From an uncultured Olsenella sp. (lineage in GTDB: Bacteria > Actinomycetota > Coriobacteriia > Coriobacteriales > Atopobiaceae), in the NCBI GenBank assembly GCA_959598545.1, contig CAUGFC010000001.1, forward strand, positions 1-47,815: a DNA stretch of 47,815 nt, written 5' to 3'. The position numbers and the translations under genes are program-made. Under the pieces are notes generated by a model that was not told the origin of the DNA, did not search any database, and saw only the letters and a program-made list of their open reading frames with translations. Below, one piece after another: positions 28,019-36,755 of the stretch. Numbering within the stretch: position 1 is the stretch's first letter; each line of letters starts with the position of its first letter.

Positions 28019-28308
28019 GCAACGCACCAGCGGGTTGTTTGCGCCGACGACGCTCTGCTCGCTTAGAAAAGTCGGGTTGTTGTAGGTCCGCAGTCCCCCA
28101 CCGCTTAGGAATCTGGGGTTGTTGCACCCCTGGGACGGCATCGAGGGAAATGCAATCGAACGTCAACTGGGACTTTATCGGCATGAAGCGCTTCTCGGCA
28201 TACAACTACCCTGAATTGTTAAGCGCGCTCCCGCACCAATCCCACAACGACCCTTGGTCCTTAAGCGCGTTGGCGACCGGCACCCGCAACTACCCCGAAT
28301 CCTTAAGC
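28019..28308. repeat. Mirrored array of six 23-bp motifs with an exact 42-bp period
   Basis: Consensus GCTTAR-N7-GGGTNGTTG forward at 28019 (degenerate), 28061 and 28103; reverse at 28202, 28244 and 28286. Confidence 0.88.
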
Positions 28309-28330
28309 ATGTCTGGCAGAGGCCGATCGG

Positions 28331-29071
28331 TCAGCAGCACGCGGCGACGAAGCTCTTCCAGAGGGTGAAGTCGGTCCCCACCTCATGCCACGTGTACTCG
28401 GGGTGCCACTGGACGCCGACACAGAAGCGCCTGCCGGGAACCTCGATGCCCTCGGGGACGCCGTCGGTCGCGCGCGCCACGAGTCGGACTCCCTCGCCGA
28501 GCCGGTCGACGCAGCAGTGGTGCGCGGAGTTGGTCTGGACGCACGTGGCCCCGCCGAGCGCGCGGGACAGCAGCGACCCCTCCTCGACCTCCACGGGATG
28601 GCAGACGCCGTTCAGGATGCCGGTGTGGCGCCACTGGACCATGCCCTCGCGGGCGCCGAGGCCCGGGACGTCCATGCAGAGCGTCCCGCCGAGCGCGACG
28701 TTCAGCAGCTGCGTGCCGCGGCAGGTCGTGAGCAGCGGCTTGTCGGCGGACAGCGCGGCGCGGAGCAGCGGGAGCTCGAAGGCGTCGCGCTGCGGGCAGA
28801 GCAGGGCGGGGTCATAGGGCGTCTCGTCGCCCCAGAGCGCGGGACTGACGTCGGGTCCCCCGGGGACGGCGATGCCGTCGGCGCGCTCGACATACTCCGC
28901 GATGACGCCCTCGTCCTCGGTGAGCGCCATCATGAGCGGCAGACCGCCGGCGGCGAGAATCGCGTCGACGAAGCAGTCGGCGATGGCTTCCTGCGGGGCG
29001 ATCGTCTCCGAGCCCTCCGTGACGGGCGCCTCCCAGCGGGGAGCCACCAAGATGACCGGTCTTCTCGCCAT
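28331..29071 (-). CDS. Class I glutamine amidotransferase, peptidase C26 (gamma-glutamyl hydrolase / PuuD-like)
   Basis: PGGPDVSP, RDAFE, TCRGTQLLNVALGGTL (catalytic Cys), NSAHH, GVQWHPE. Confidence 0.9.
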   Translation of the reverse strand: MARRPVILVAPRWEAPVTEGSETIAPQEAIADCFVDAILAAGGLPLMMALTEDEGVIAEYVERADGIAVPGGPDVSPALWGDETPYDPALLCPQRDAFELPLLRAALSADKPLLTTCRGTQLLNVALGGTLCMDVPGLGAREGMVQWRHTGILNGVCHPVEVEEGSLLSRALGGATCVQTNSAHHCCVDRLGEGVRLVARATDGVPEGIEVPGRRFCVGVQWHPEYTWHEVGTDFTLWKSFVAACC

Positions 29072-29073
29072 GC

Positions 29074-29838
29074 CTAGTGCCCCTTGATCGAGTCGAGGAA
29101 GTCGCGGGCGCGCTGGGTCTTGGGGTGGTCGAAGAACTCGTCGGGAGAGCCCTCCTCCACGATCTGCCCGTCCGCCATGAAGACCACGCGGTCGGCCACG
29201 CGTCGCGCGAAGCTCATCTCGTGCGTGACGACCACCATGGTCATGCCGCCCCGCGCGAGCTCGACCATGACGTCGAGGACCTCGTTGATCATCTCGGGGT
29301 CGAGCGCGCTCGTGGGCTCGTCGAACATCATCGCCTTGGGTCGCATGGCGAGCGAGCGGGCGATGGCGGCGCGCTGCTGCTGGCCGCCGGAGAGCTGGGC
29401 GGGGACCTTGTGGGCCTGCTCGGCGACGCCGACGCGCTCGAGCAGCTCCATCGCCCGCGCCTCGGCCTCCTCCTTGGGAACCCCCAGCACCTCGCGCGGC
29501 CCGAGCGTCACGTTGTCGAGGACCGTCATGTGAGCGAAGAGGTTGAACTGCTGGAAGACCATGCCGAGCTCCGCGCGCATCCGGGCGAGCTCGCGACCCT
29601 CCTGCGGCAGCGGCTCGCCCTCGATGAGGATCTCGCCGGAGTCGATGGTCTCGAGGCGGTTCATGGTCCGGCACATCGTGGACTTACCCGATCCGGAGGG
29701 GCCGATCACGACCAGCACCTCTCCCCTGCCAACCGACAGGCTCACGTCGCGGAGCACGTGGAGGTCCCCGAAGTGCTTGTCGACGTGGCGAAGCTCGATC
29801 ACCGGAACGTTCTTCTCGGATGCGCTGTCTTGGCTCAT
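29074..29838 (-). CDS. Polar amino-acid ABC transporter ATP-binding protein (GluA/GlnQ-like)
   Basis: [42 protein letters not shown]. Confidence 0.95.
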   Translation of the reverse strand: MSQDSASEKNVPVIELRHVDKHFGDLHVLRDVSLSVGRGEVLVVIGPSGSGKSTMCRTMNRLETIDSGEILIEGEPLPQEGRELARMRAELGMVFQQFNLFAHMTVLDNVTLGPREVLGVPKEEAEARAMELLERVGVAEQAHKVPAQLSGGQQQRAAIARSLAMRPKAMMFDEPTSALDPEMINEVLDVMVELARGGMTMVVVTHEMSFARRVADRVVFMADGQIVEEGSPDEFFDHPKTQRARDFLDSIKGH

Positions 29839-29849
29839 TGCTCCCGCTC

Positions 29850-30683
29850 CTAGCGAATGATCTTGACGCCCGTTCGGCGCGCCACGTAGACGGACGCCTT
29901 GTTGATGGCGAAGTTGATCAGGATGTAGATGACGGCGACGACCAGGTACATGGAGAGCAGCGCGTCGTAGTTGGTGATGAGCACGCGCGCGTTCTGCATG
30001 AGGTCGGGGTAGCTCACCACGTAGGCGACCGTCGTGTCCTTGACCACGACGACGAGCTGGGCGATGAGCGAGGGGATGACGTAGCGGATCGCCTGGGGCA
30101 GCACGATCCTCCGCATGGTCTTTGACGGGCTGAGCCCGATCGAGAGGGCCGCCTCGACCTGGCCCTTGGGCACGGCGTTCACACCCGCGCGGAAGACCTC
30201 CGCGAGCACGCCCGAGGCGGCGAGCGCGACCGGCAGCGTGAGCATCCAGAAGGCGGGCATCTGGATGCCGTATTGCGGGACCACGAGGAAGAAGAAGTAG
30301 ATCAGAAGCAGGCTCGGAACGCCGCGGAAGAAGTCCGTGACCACGCGGCAGACGGCCGCGATCGGGGCGATTCCGCTCGTGCGGCCCAGCATGAGCGCGA
30401 GCCCCAGCACGAGCGCGATGACGCCGGCCGTGAGCGCGACCTCGACGGTGCCCACGAAGCCCTGCAGCAGGAAGCGCCATGTGGGCCACTCGAGCAGGAA
30501 CGACCAGTAGCGCGGGGCGAGCTGGCCCGTCACGTAGAACTGACGGACCACGAGAAACGCGAGCAGGGCGAGCAGGACGGTGGAGATTGCCGTGCCGATC
30601 GCTATGCGCCGCCGCGTGCGCGGCCCGGGCGCCTCGTAGAGCGCGGAGCGCACGCTCGGCGCTGTCTGGGTGCGCGTGCTCAT
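29850..30683 (-). CDS. Polar amino-acid ABC transporter permease (GluD-like)
   Basis: [17 protein letters not shown] loop [15 protein letters not shown]; hydrophobic helices. Confidence 0.92.
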   Translation of the reverse strand: MSTRTQTAPSVRSALYEAPGPRTRRRIAIGTAISTVLLALLAFLVVRQFYVTGQLAPRYWSFLLEWPTWRFLLQGFVGTVEVALTAGVIALVLGLALMLGRTSGIAPIAAVCRVVTDFFRGVPSLLLIYFFFLVVPQYGIQMPAFWMLTLPVALAASGVLAEVFRAGVNAVPKGQVEAALSIGLSPSKTMRRIVLPQAIRYVIPSLIAQLVVVVKDTTVAYVVSYPDLMQNARVLITNYDALLSMYLVVAVIYILINFAINKASVYVARRTGVKIIR

Positions 30684-31339
30684 CGGAGGATCCTCACCCT
30701 CTTGTCGAGGCGGTTGCCGGCGAACGAGATGACGAACGCGGTGAGCACGTAGCCGAGCGCGGAGATCAGAAAGGCGAGGACGCCTCCCGTGGCGCGCGTG
30801 TTGACGTAGGAGACCACGCCCGTGAGCTCCTGGGGCGCGAGCGGAACCTGTGAGCCGAGCGCCGTCGTGAGCATCACGGCGATGAGCAGGTTCGTCATGG
30901 GGAGGACCGTCGTGCGGAGGGCCTGGGGGATCACGACATGGCGCAGGATCTGCCCGAACGTGAGGCCGATCGAGCGCGCGGCCTCGATCTGGCCGACGCC
31001 GATCGTGTTGATGCCGCTCATGAAGTTCTCGGAGCCGAAGGCCGAGGCCATGAGCACGACGGTCACGATGACGCAGGTGCGCCACGGCAGGACCACGCGC
31101 AGCTGCGGCAGGGCGTAGGCCACCAGAATGAGCAGGGCGACGCCGGGGATGTTGCGGAACACCTGCACGTAGAGCTCACCGACGCCGCGCAGGGGCGCGA
31201 CGGGCGAGACGCGCGCGACGGTCACCGCCACGGCGAGGACCATGACGAAGACGAACGAAACCGCCGTCATTCCCCATGTGGCGAGAAGACCGTCGAGGTA
31301 GTTCTGCCCGTATGTGCCGAGAAGCTCAGCGAGCCCCAT
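30680..31339 (-). CDS. Polar amino-acid ABC transporter permease (GluC-like)
   Basis: [27 protein letters not shown]; hydrophobic helices. Confidence 0.92.
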   Translation of the reverse strand: MGLAELLGTYGQNYLDGLLATWGMTAVSFVFVMVLAVAVTVARVSPVAPLRGVGELYVQVFRNIPGVALLILVAYALPQLRVVLPWRTCVIVTVVLMASAFGSENFMSGINTIGVGQIEAARSIGLTFGQILRHVVIPQALRTTVLPMTNLLIAVMLTTALGSQVPLAPQELTGVVSYVNTRATGGVLAFLISALGYVLTAFVISFAGNRLDKRVRILR

Positions 31340-31365
31340 GCGACCCCCTCATGCCGGGTCCGACG

Positions 31366-32331
31366 CTACACGCCGATCGTGGGGGGAACGGGAGCCTCGG
31401 AGATGCCGGCGCGGTCGCCGATGCAGATCTGCCAGAGCTGCTCCCACAGGCCCTCGTCCTCCACGCGCTGGAGCCAGGCGTTGACGAACGCGACGCCGTC
31501 GGAGCCGAGCGGCAGACCGATTCCGTAGGCGTCGACCGGCCCGAACTCATCGCCGGCCAGGCGATAGCGGCCCGGGTTGCGCGTCATGGAGCCCATCTGC
31601 ATGGCGGTGTCGATGACGTAGGCGTCGACGCGACCCTGAGAGAGGGCCGTGCGGGCCTCCTCGTCGGTCTTGAACTCCTGGACCTGGGCGTCGGGCGCGT
31701 ACTCCTCGAGAATGGAGGGACCGGTGGAGCCGGACTGGGCGGCCACGTTCTTGCCCGCGAGGTCCTCGAGGGAGTTGATGTCGGTGTTGTCCGCCATGAC
31801 GAGGATGGACTGCTGCGTGGTGTAGTACGGGCCCGCGAAGGAGATCAGCATCATGCGGTCCTCGTTGATCGAGTAGGTGGCGAAGACGGTGTCCACCTGA
31901 TCGTTCTGAAGGACGGACTCGCGTGTGTCAGAGGTGACCTGCGTGATCTCCTGTTTGGACTCGTCACCCAGGATGTAGCGGGTGAGCAGCTGGGAGAGGC
32001 CGGCGTCGAAGCCGCGGGTCTTGCCGTCCTGCTCGTTGAGGGACGAGAAGAGCAGCGAGGTCTGGACGCCACCCACGCGGAGCGTGCCGGCCTCCTTGAC
32101 GGCAGTCGCCCACTCGCTGGCCGCGATCTCGTCATCGGTCGCCACGAAGCCGGAGGCGATGAGCTCGTCGTAGGCGGCGGAGTCGAGCTGGCTCTCCTCG
32201 CCGGCGTCATCATCGGTGGCGGGGGCGGGAGCCTCCGCGTCGTCGCAGCCAACGAGGGCGAGGGCGGAGAGGGCGGCAGCGCCGAGGCCGAGCGCCTGGC
32301 GGCGGTTGAGCATGAGATCGTTGAGCGACAT
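31366..32331 (-). CDS. Amino-acid ABC transporter substrate-binding lipoprotein (GluB-like) with twin-arginine signal
   Basis: NRRQAL + hydrophobic stretch + LVGC lipobox; GFDA, ATYSINEDR, FAGPYY, YGIGL; AAGGA RBS. Confidence 0.9.
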   Translation of the reverse strand: MSLNDLMLNRRQALGLGAAALSALALVGCDDAEAPAPATDDDAGEESQLDSAAYDELIASGFVATDDEIAASEWATAVKEAGTLRVGGVQTSLLFSSLNEQDGKTRGFDAGLSQLLTRYILGDESKQEITQVTSDTRESVLQNDQVDTVFATYSINEDRMMLISFAGPYYTTQQSILVMADNTDINSLEDLAGKNVAAQSGSTGPSILEEYAPDAQVQEFKTDEEARTALSQGRVDAYVIDTAMQMGSMTRNPGRYRLAGDEFGPVDAYGIGLPLGSDGVAFVNAWLQRVEDEGLWEQLWQICIGDRAGISEAPVPPTIGV

Positions 32332-32457
32332 GGGGACTTCCTTTCGACGGGGTCTCCGTACACATTCTAAAATTGTACCCAACACGCTAGGAATTAAGAC
32401 TCGTCAACCGCTCACCCGTCACCTCCCCGTAACCTCGACCCGAGGAGACCTGCAGCA

Positions 32458-32551
32458 CCACGGGCATTTCTCGAAGCATGTTTCTTGAGAGAGGCCCGGC
32501 TCCCCAGGAGCCGGGCCTCTCGAAAGCACATGCGGAGGGAAATGCCCGTGG
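32458..32551. repeat. Extended ~94-nt hairpin immediately after ackA (terminator or REP-like)
   Basis: Outer stem CCACGGGCATTTC/GAAATGCCCGTGG, middle GCATGT/ACATGC, inner perfect 15-bp GAGAGGCCCGGCTCC/GGAGCCGGGCCTCTC. Confidence 0.8.
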
Positions 32552-32553
32552 CG

Positions 32554-33723
32554 CTACCCCAGCAGCTCCTCGACGTCGAGCGCGATCATGTACTCCTCGT
32601 TGGTGGGAACCACCATGACGGTGATCGCGGAGTCGGGGGTGGAGATGACACGCGGCTCGTCGGAGCGCGGAGCGTTCTTCTCGGCGTCGATCTTGACGCC
32701 CATCCAGCCGAGCAGCTCGCAGATGCCCGCGCGGATCTCGGGCGCGTTCTCGCCAATGCCCGCAGTGAAGACCATCGTGTCCACGCCCTGCATGGAGGCG
32801 GCCATCTCGGCGAAGAGCTGGGAGACGCGGTAGTTGAACATGTCGAGCGCCATCTGGCACTTCTCGTCGCCGTCGGCGGCGCCGGCCTCGATGTCACGCG
32901 AGTCGGAGGAGACCTCGGACACGGCGAGGAGGCCGGACTTCTTGTTCATCATCGTGTCGATCTCGTCGATGCTCATCTGCGCCTCGCGGCTGAGGTAGAA
33001 GACCGTCGCCGGGTCGAGCGTGCCGCAGCGCGTGCCCATGATGAGGCCATCGAGCGGGGTGAGGCCCATCGTGGTGTCCATGCACTTGCCGTCCTGGATG
33101 GCGCACAGGGACGCGCCCGAGCCGAGGTGGCAGCTCACGAGCTTGTGGGCCTTGTCGCCCATCATCTCGTGCACGGTGCGCCAGATGAAGCGGTGGCTGG
33201 TACCGTGAGCGCCGTACTTGCGAACGTGATACTTGTCCACGACGTCGCGCGGGATGGCGTAGCGCCAGGCGTGCTCGGGCATGTGGTAGTGGAAGGCGGT
33301 ATCCGGCACGATGACGTTGCCGAGCTCGGGGAACATGTCGCGGCAGATCTCGATGACGTCGGCCTCGGCATAGTTGTGCAGGGGGGCGAGCGGCGCGACC
33401 TCGCGGACCTGGGCGAGCGTCTCGTCGGTCACGACGGCGGACTCGGGGAAGTACCAGCCGCCCTGGACCACGCGGTGGCCGATGCCGCCGATGGGCTTAT
33501 CGATGGTCTTGAGGATGTCGAAGACGTACTTGATGGCGGTCTTGTGGTCGGGAAGCGCGACCTCGAGCTTCTGCTTCTCCCCGCCCATCTCCTCGTGGCC
33601 GACGAAGGAGCCGTCGATGCCGATGCGCTCGCAGTTGCCCTTGGCGTAGACCTCGCGCGTGTCCACGTCCAGGAGCTGGTACTTGAGCGACGAGCTGCCG
33701 GCGTTGATAACAAGGACGTTCAT
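32554..33723 (-). CDS. ackA: Acetate kinase
   Basis: LVINAGSSSLKYQL, GHRVV, APLHN, DTAFH, YGAHGTSH, HLGSGAS, FTAGIGEN, PTNEE. Confidence 0.97.
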   Translation of the reverse strand: MNVLVINAGSSSLKYQLLDVDTREVYAKGNCERIGIDGSFVGHEEMGGEKQKLEVALPDHKTAIKYVFDILKTIDKPIGGIGHRVVQGGWYFPESAVVTDETLAQVREVAPLAPLHNYAEADVIEICRDMFPELGNVIVPDTAFHYHMPEHAWRYAIPRDVVDKYHVRKYGAHGTSHRFIWRTVHEMMGDKAHKLVSCHLGSGASLCAIQDGKCMDTTMGLTPLDGLIMGTRCGTLDPATVFYLSREAQMSIDEIDTMMNKKSGLLAVSEVSSDSRDIEAGAADGDEKCQMALDMFNYRVSQLFAEMAASMQGVDTMVFTAGIGENAPEIRAGICELLGWMGVKIDAEKNAPRSDEPRVISTPDSAITVMVVPTNEEYMIALDVEELLG

Positions 33724-33821
33724 GACTCTCCTCCCGCGGGGTCTCCCCCACTCAGCGTTGAAACACAGCATTCACATCATACGCCCGACGAACGTCCTTC
33801 GTCGCCCTCACGTCGATGAAC

Positions 33822-33965
33822 GGGCTGGCTGGGCTTCTCTCCGAGAAGTGCGCTGCGCGGAACTTCTCTGCGAGAAGCCCGGCCAGCCCTAGGCAACGGT
33901 AGGCGCCAGGGTCTTTCGGGGGGAAGTTCTGCGGAGCACACTTCCCGGAGAAAGACCCTGGCGCC
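33822..33965. repeat. Pair of homologous hairpins in inverted orientation (REP-doublet-like)
   Basis: Hairpin 33822-33889 aligns without gaps over a 50-nt core with the reverse complement of hairpin 33902-33965. Confidence 0.85.
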
Positions 33966-33977
33966 GGACAGCTACGT

Positions 33978-34322
33978 CTAGGCGGGGATGAGGCCCTCGC
34001 CGAGGGGCTTGCCGCCGAGGACGTGCATGTGCAGGTGCATGACGGTCTGGCCGGCGGCGGCGCCGGTGTTCATGATGCAGCGGAAGCCCGTCTGCGCGAC
34101 GCCGGTCTTCTCGGCAACCGCCCTGACCGCGCGCTCCATGGAGGCGAGCGTCTCGGCGGGAACGTCGTCGACGAAGTTGTCGTGGTGGGCCTTGGGCACC
34201 ACGAGCACGTGGACGGGCGCCTGGGGGTTGAGATCGTTGAACGCGACGACGTTCTCGTCCTCGTAGAGGAACTCGCTCGGGATCTCTCCGTTGGCAATCT
34301 TGCAGAAGATGCAGTCGGACAT
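33978..34322 (-). CDS. Histidine triad (HIT) nucleotide-binding protein
   Basis: CIFCKI, PQAPVHVLVVPK, GQTVMHLHMHVLGG. Confidence 0.95.
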   Translation of the reverse strand: MSDCIFCKIANGEIPSEFLYEDENVVAFNDLNPQAPVHVLVVPKAHHDNFVDDVPAETLASMERAVRAVAEKTGVAQTGFRCIMNTGAAAGQTVMHLHMHVLGGKPLGEGLIPA

Positions 34323-34344
34323 GGTGCTCCCCTCTCGATTCTCG

Positions 34345-34614
34345 CTACTCGTTCAGGTACGCGGTGCTGGGCGCCGAAGCGGTGTCGCGCACGGGCGCCG
34401 ACTCGTCGGTGGCGTTGAGAAGGACGCGCACCTTCTGCTCCGCCGTGCTCAGACGCTCGCGCAGGCTCTTCAGAAGCTCCACGCCGCGAGCGTAGCGCTC
34501 GAGCGAGTCCTCGAGCTCGAGCTCGCCGGACTCGAGCGCACGCACGATCTGCTCGAGCTCGATGGAGGCCTCCTTGAACGTCATATCTTCGATCTTCCTG
34601 GGCTCGTCTGCCAT
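34345..34614 (-). CDS. xseB: Exodeoxyribonuclease VII small subunit
   Basis: FKEA..ELEQIV..LESGELELEDSL..Y.RG...L..AEQKV; follows xseA. Confidence 0.93.
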   Translation of the reverse strand: MADEPRKIEDMTFKEASIELEQIVRALESGELELEDSLERYARGVELLKSLRERLSTAEQKVRVLLNATDESAPVRDTASAPSTAYLNE

Positions 34615-34631
34615 GGTGTCCCCTTCCCGGG

Positions 34632-35981
34632 CTATGCCCGATCTTCGATTCGGATGGACGAGACGGTCGCCTCGACGGACCCCTCGCCGAGAAGCACGCT
34701 CACCTGGTCCCCACAGGCCACGTCCGACGCGCGCTTCACGACGCGCCCCGAGGTGTCACGGGCGATCGCGTAGCCCCGCGCCAGGACCGAGAGCGGAGAG
34801 AGCGCGTCGAGCGACGCGGCGAGCCGCGCGAGCGTCGCCTCGGCGGGGCGCAGGAGGCGTCCGCCGGCCTCCGCGAGGCGCCCCGCCGCGAGCTCGCAGC
34901 GCTCGGCGTCGCGGGCAAGGCCGCGCGGGACGGCGTCATGGAGGCGCTCCTCGGTCTGGAGCAAGTCGGAGAGAAGGTCCCGGAGGGGCGCGGCGGGGTC
35001 GGAGAGGCACCGGCGCGCGCCGAGGGCGTCGAGGGCCACGCGGCGCCGCGAGAGCGTCGCGTCCATGGCGCCGGACATGAGCCTGCCGAGGGACGTGACG
35101 GACGCGGAGCGCACCTCCAGCACCGCCGACATGGCCCGCCCCAGGCGCACCTGGCGCTGGAGCATCTGTCGCTCCACCTCGTCGATGGCGGGCGCCACCG
35201 ACTCGGCAGCGGCGGTCGGCGTGGAGGCGCGACGGTCGGCGACCATGTCGGCGATCGTCGTGTCCGGCTCGTGGCCGATGCCGGTCACGACCGGCACGGG
35301 GCAGGCCGCTATCGCCCGTGCGACGCCCTCGTCGTTGAAGCACATGAGGTCCTCGAAGGAGCCGCCGCCGCGGACGAGCAGGATCGCGTCGGGACGGGCG
35401 GCCGCGGCGGTCGAGAGCGCGCGGACGATCGTCGCCGGGGCGTCGGAACCCTGCACGGAGCAGCCGACGACGTCGATCTCCACGAGGGGGTTGCGCCGCG
35501 CGAGCGTGCGCTTGACGTCCTCCACCACGCTGCCGGAGAGCGACGTCACAACGCAGACGCGCGAGCAGAACGCGGGTACGTGGCGCTTTCGGGAGGGGTC
35601 CATGAGGCCCTCGCGCTCGAGGGCGCGCGCGAGCTCGGCGACCCGCTGGCGCAGCAGGCCCTCCCCCGCGGCCTCGACCTTCCTGGCGACAAACGAGAGC
35701 TTGCCCGAGGCCTGGTAGACGTCGAACTTGCCCGTGAGCCGCACGGAGAGCCCGTCACGCAGATCGAACCCGATCTTCTCGGCCGTCCCGCGCCAGACGA
35801 TGACGCTCATGGAGGCCCCGGCGTCCTTCACCTCGAAGTAGCAGTGGCCCGAGCGGGCGTTGGGACCCCGGAACCCCGACACCTCCCCGTCCACGACGAG
35901 CGTCGGCCACGAGGAGACCGCCCCCTTCGCAAGGGCGACGGCGTCCGTGACGGTGATCGGCTGGCCCTGCCGGGTGCCCAT
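34632..35981 (-). CDS. xseA: Exodeoxyribonuclease VII large subunit
   Basis: GEVSGF, SGHCYF, RGGGSFEDL..FNDE, TGIGHEPD, TPTAAAE, LSP..VLARGYAI. Confidence 0.95.
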   Translation of the reverse strand: MGTRQGQPITVTDAVALAKGAVSSWPTLVVDGEVSGFRGPNARSGHCYFEVKDAGASMSVIVWRGTAEKIGFDLRDGLSVRLTGKFDVYQASGKLSFVARKVEAAGEGLLRQRVAELARALEREGLMDPSRKRHVPAFCSRVCVVTSLSGSVVEDVKRTLARRNPLVEIDVVGCSVQGSDAPATIVRALSTAAAARPDAILLVRGGGSFEDLMCFNDEGVARAIAACPVPVVTGIGHEPDTTIADMVADRRASTPTAAAESVAPAIDEVERQMLQRQVRLGRAMSAVLEVRSASVTSLGRLMSGAMDATLSRRRVALDALGARRCLSDPAAPLRDLLSDLLQTEERLHDAVPRGLARDAERCELAAGRLAEAGGRLLRPAEATLARLAASLDALSPLSVLARGYAIARDTSGRVVKRASDVACGDQVSVLLGEGSVEATVSSIRIEDRA

Positions 35982-36676
35982 CAGTCGTCCCTGCCGCCGT
36001 AGCGACCGAGCAGGTAGACGAGTTGCATGAGGGAGGTCAGCGCCGCGGCGACGTACGTGAGGGCGGCGGCGGTGAGGACCGAACGGGCGCCCTTCTCGTC
36101 GAGGCCGGAGCCGCGTGCGGAGAGGTAGGCCACCGCGCGACGCGAGGCGTCGATCTCCACCGGCAGGGTGACCACCTGGAAGACCACGGCGGCCGCGAAG
36201 AGCACGATGGCGAGCTGGACCAGGCCGGCGAGGTTGAGGAGCACGCCGGCGAGGAGGACGAGGATCCAGGAGTTCTCCGCGACGGACACCACGGGGACGA
36301 GCGCCGAGCGCAGGCGGTAGAAGCCGTAGCCCTGCGCGGCCTGGATCGCGTGACCCGCCTCGTGGCAGGCGACGGCGACCGAGGCGACCGAGGCGCCGCG
36401 GTAGTTGTCGTCGGAGAGGTGCAGCTTGTTGTCACGCGGGTCGTAGTGGTCGGTGAGCGAGCCGGCGACGCGCGTGATGCCCACGTCGTTCGCGCCCCCG
36501 TCCGCCAGCATCTGTCGCGCGACGTCGGCGCCGGTGCCGGGGATGCCGGCATCGACCTGGGACCACTTGCGGTAGGTGCTCCTGATGTAGCCCTGCGCGG
36601 CGGTACCCAGGACGAGGGCGACGAGCACGACGACGAGATAGGCCGGGTCGAACCCGTATCCGATGTAGAAGGGCAT
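35981..36676 (-). CDS. Membrane zinc metallopeptidase (YugP-like neutral Zn peptidase)
   Basis: GSLTDHYDP, ACHEAGHAIQ (HExxH), TLPVEIDASRRA, AAALTYVAA. Confidence 0.92.
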   Translation of the reverse strand: MPFYIGYGFDPAYLVVVLVALVLGTAAQGYIRSTYRKWSQVDAGIPGTGADVARQMLADGGANDVGITRVAGSLTDHYDPRDNKLHLSDDNYRGASVASVAVACHEAGHAIQAAQGYGFYRLRSALVPVVSVAENSWILVLLAGVLLNLAGLVQLAIVLFAAAVVFQVVTLPVEIDASRRAVAYLSARGSGLDEKGARSVLTAAALTYVAAALTSLMQLVYLLGRYGGRDD

Positions 36677-36755
36677 GTGCGTCTCCAATCACGTCTGGAC
36701 TGCGTCCATTCTACCCACGCCGCCGGACGACAATGCGCGGGCCGGGCGGGCGGCG

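Noticed and set aside
28019..28308. CRISPR array (23-bp repeats with unique spacers)
   Set aside because: Repeats are degenerate in the middle, spacers are only 19 nt, the two halves are inverted, and no cas genes are present.
28039..28368. 109-aa ORF with 14-residue periodicity
   Set aside because: The periodicity is a by-product of the 42-bp DNA repeat, whose orientation flips midway; no RBS and atypical codon usage.
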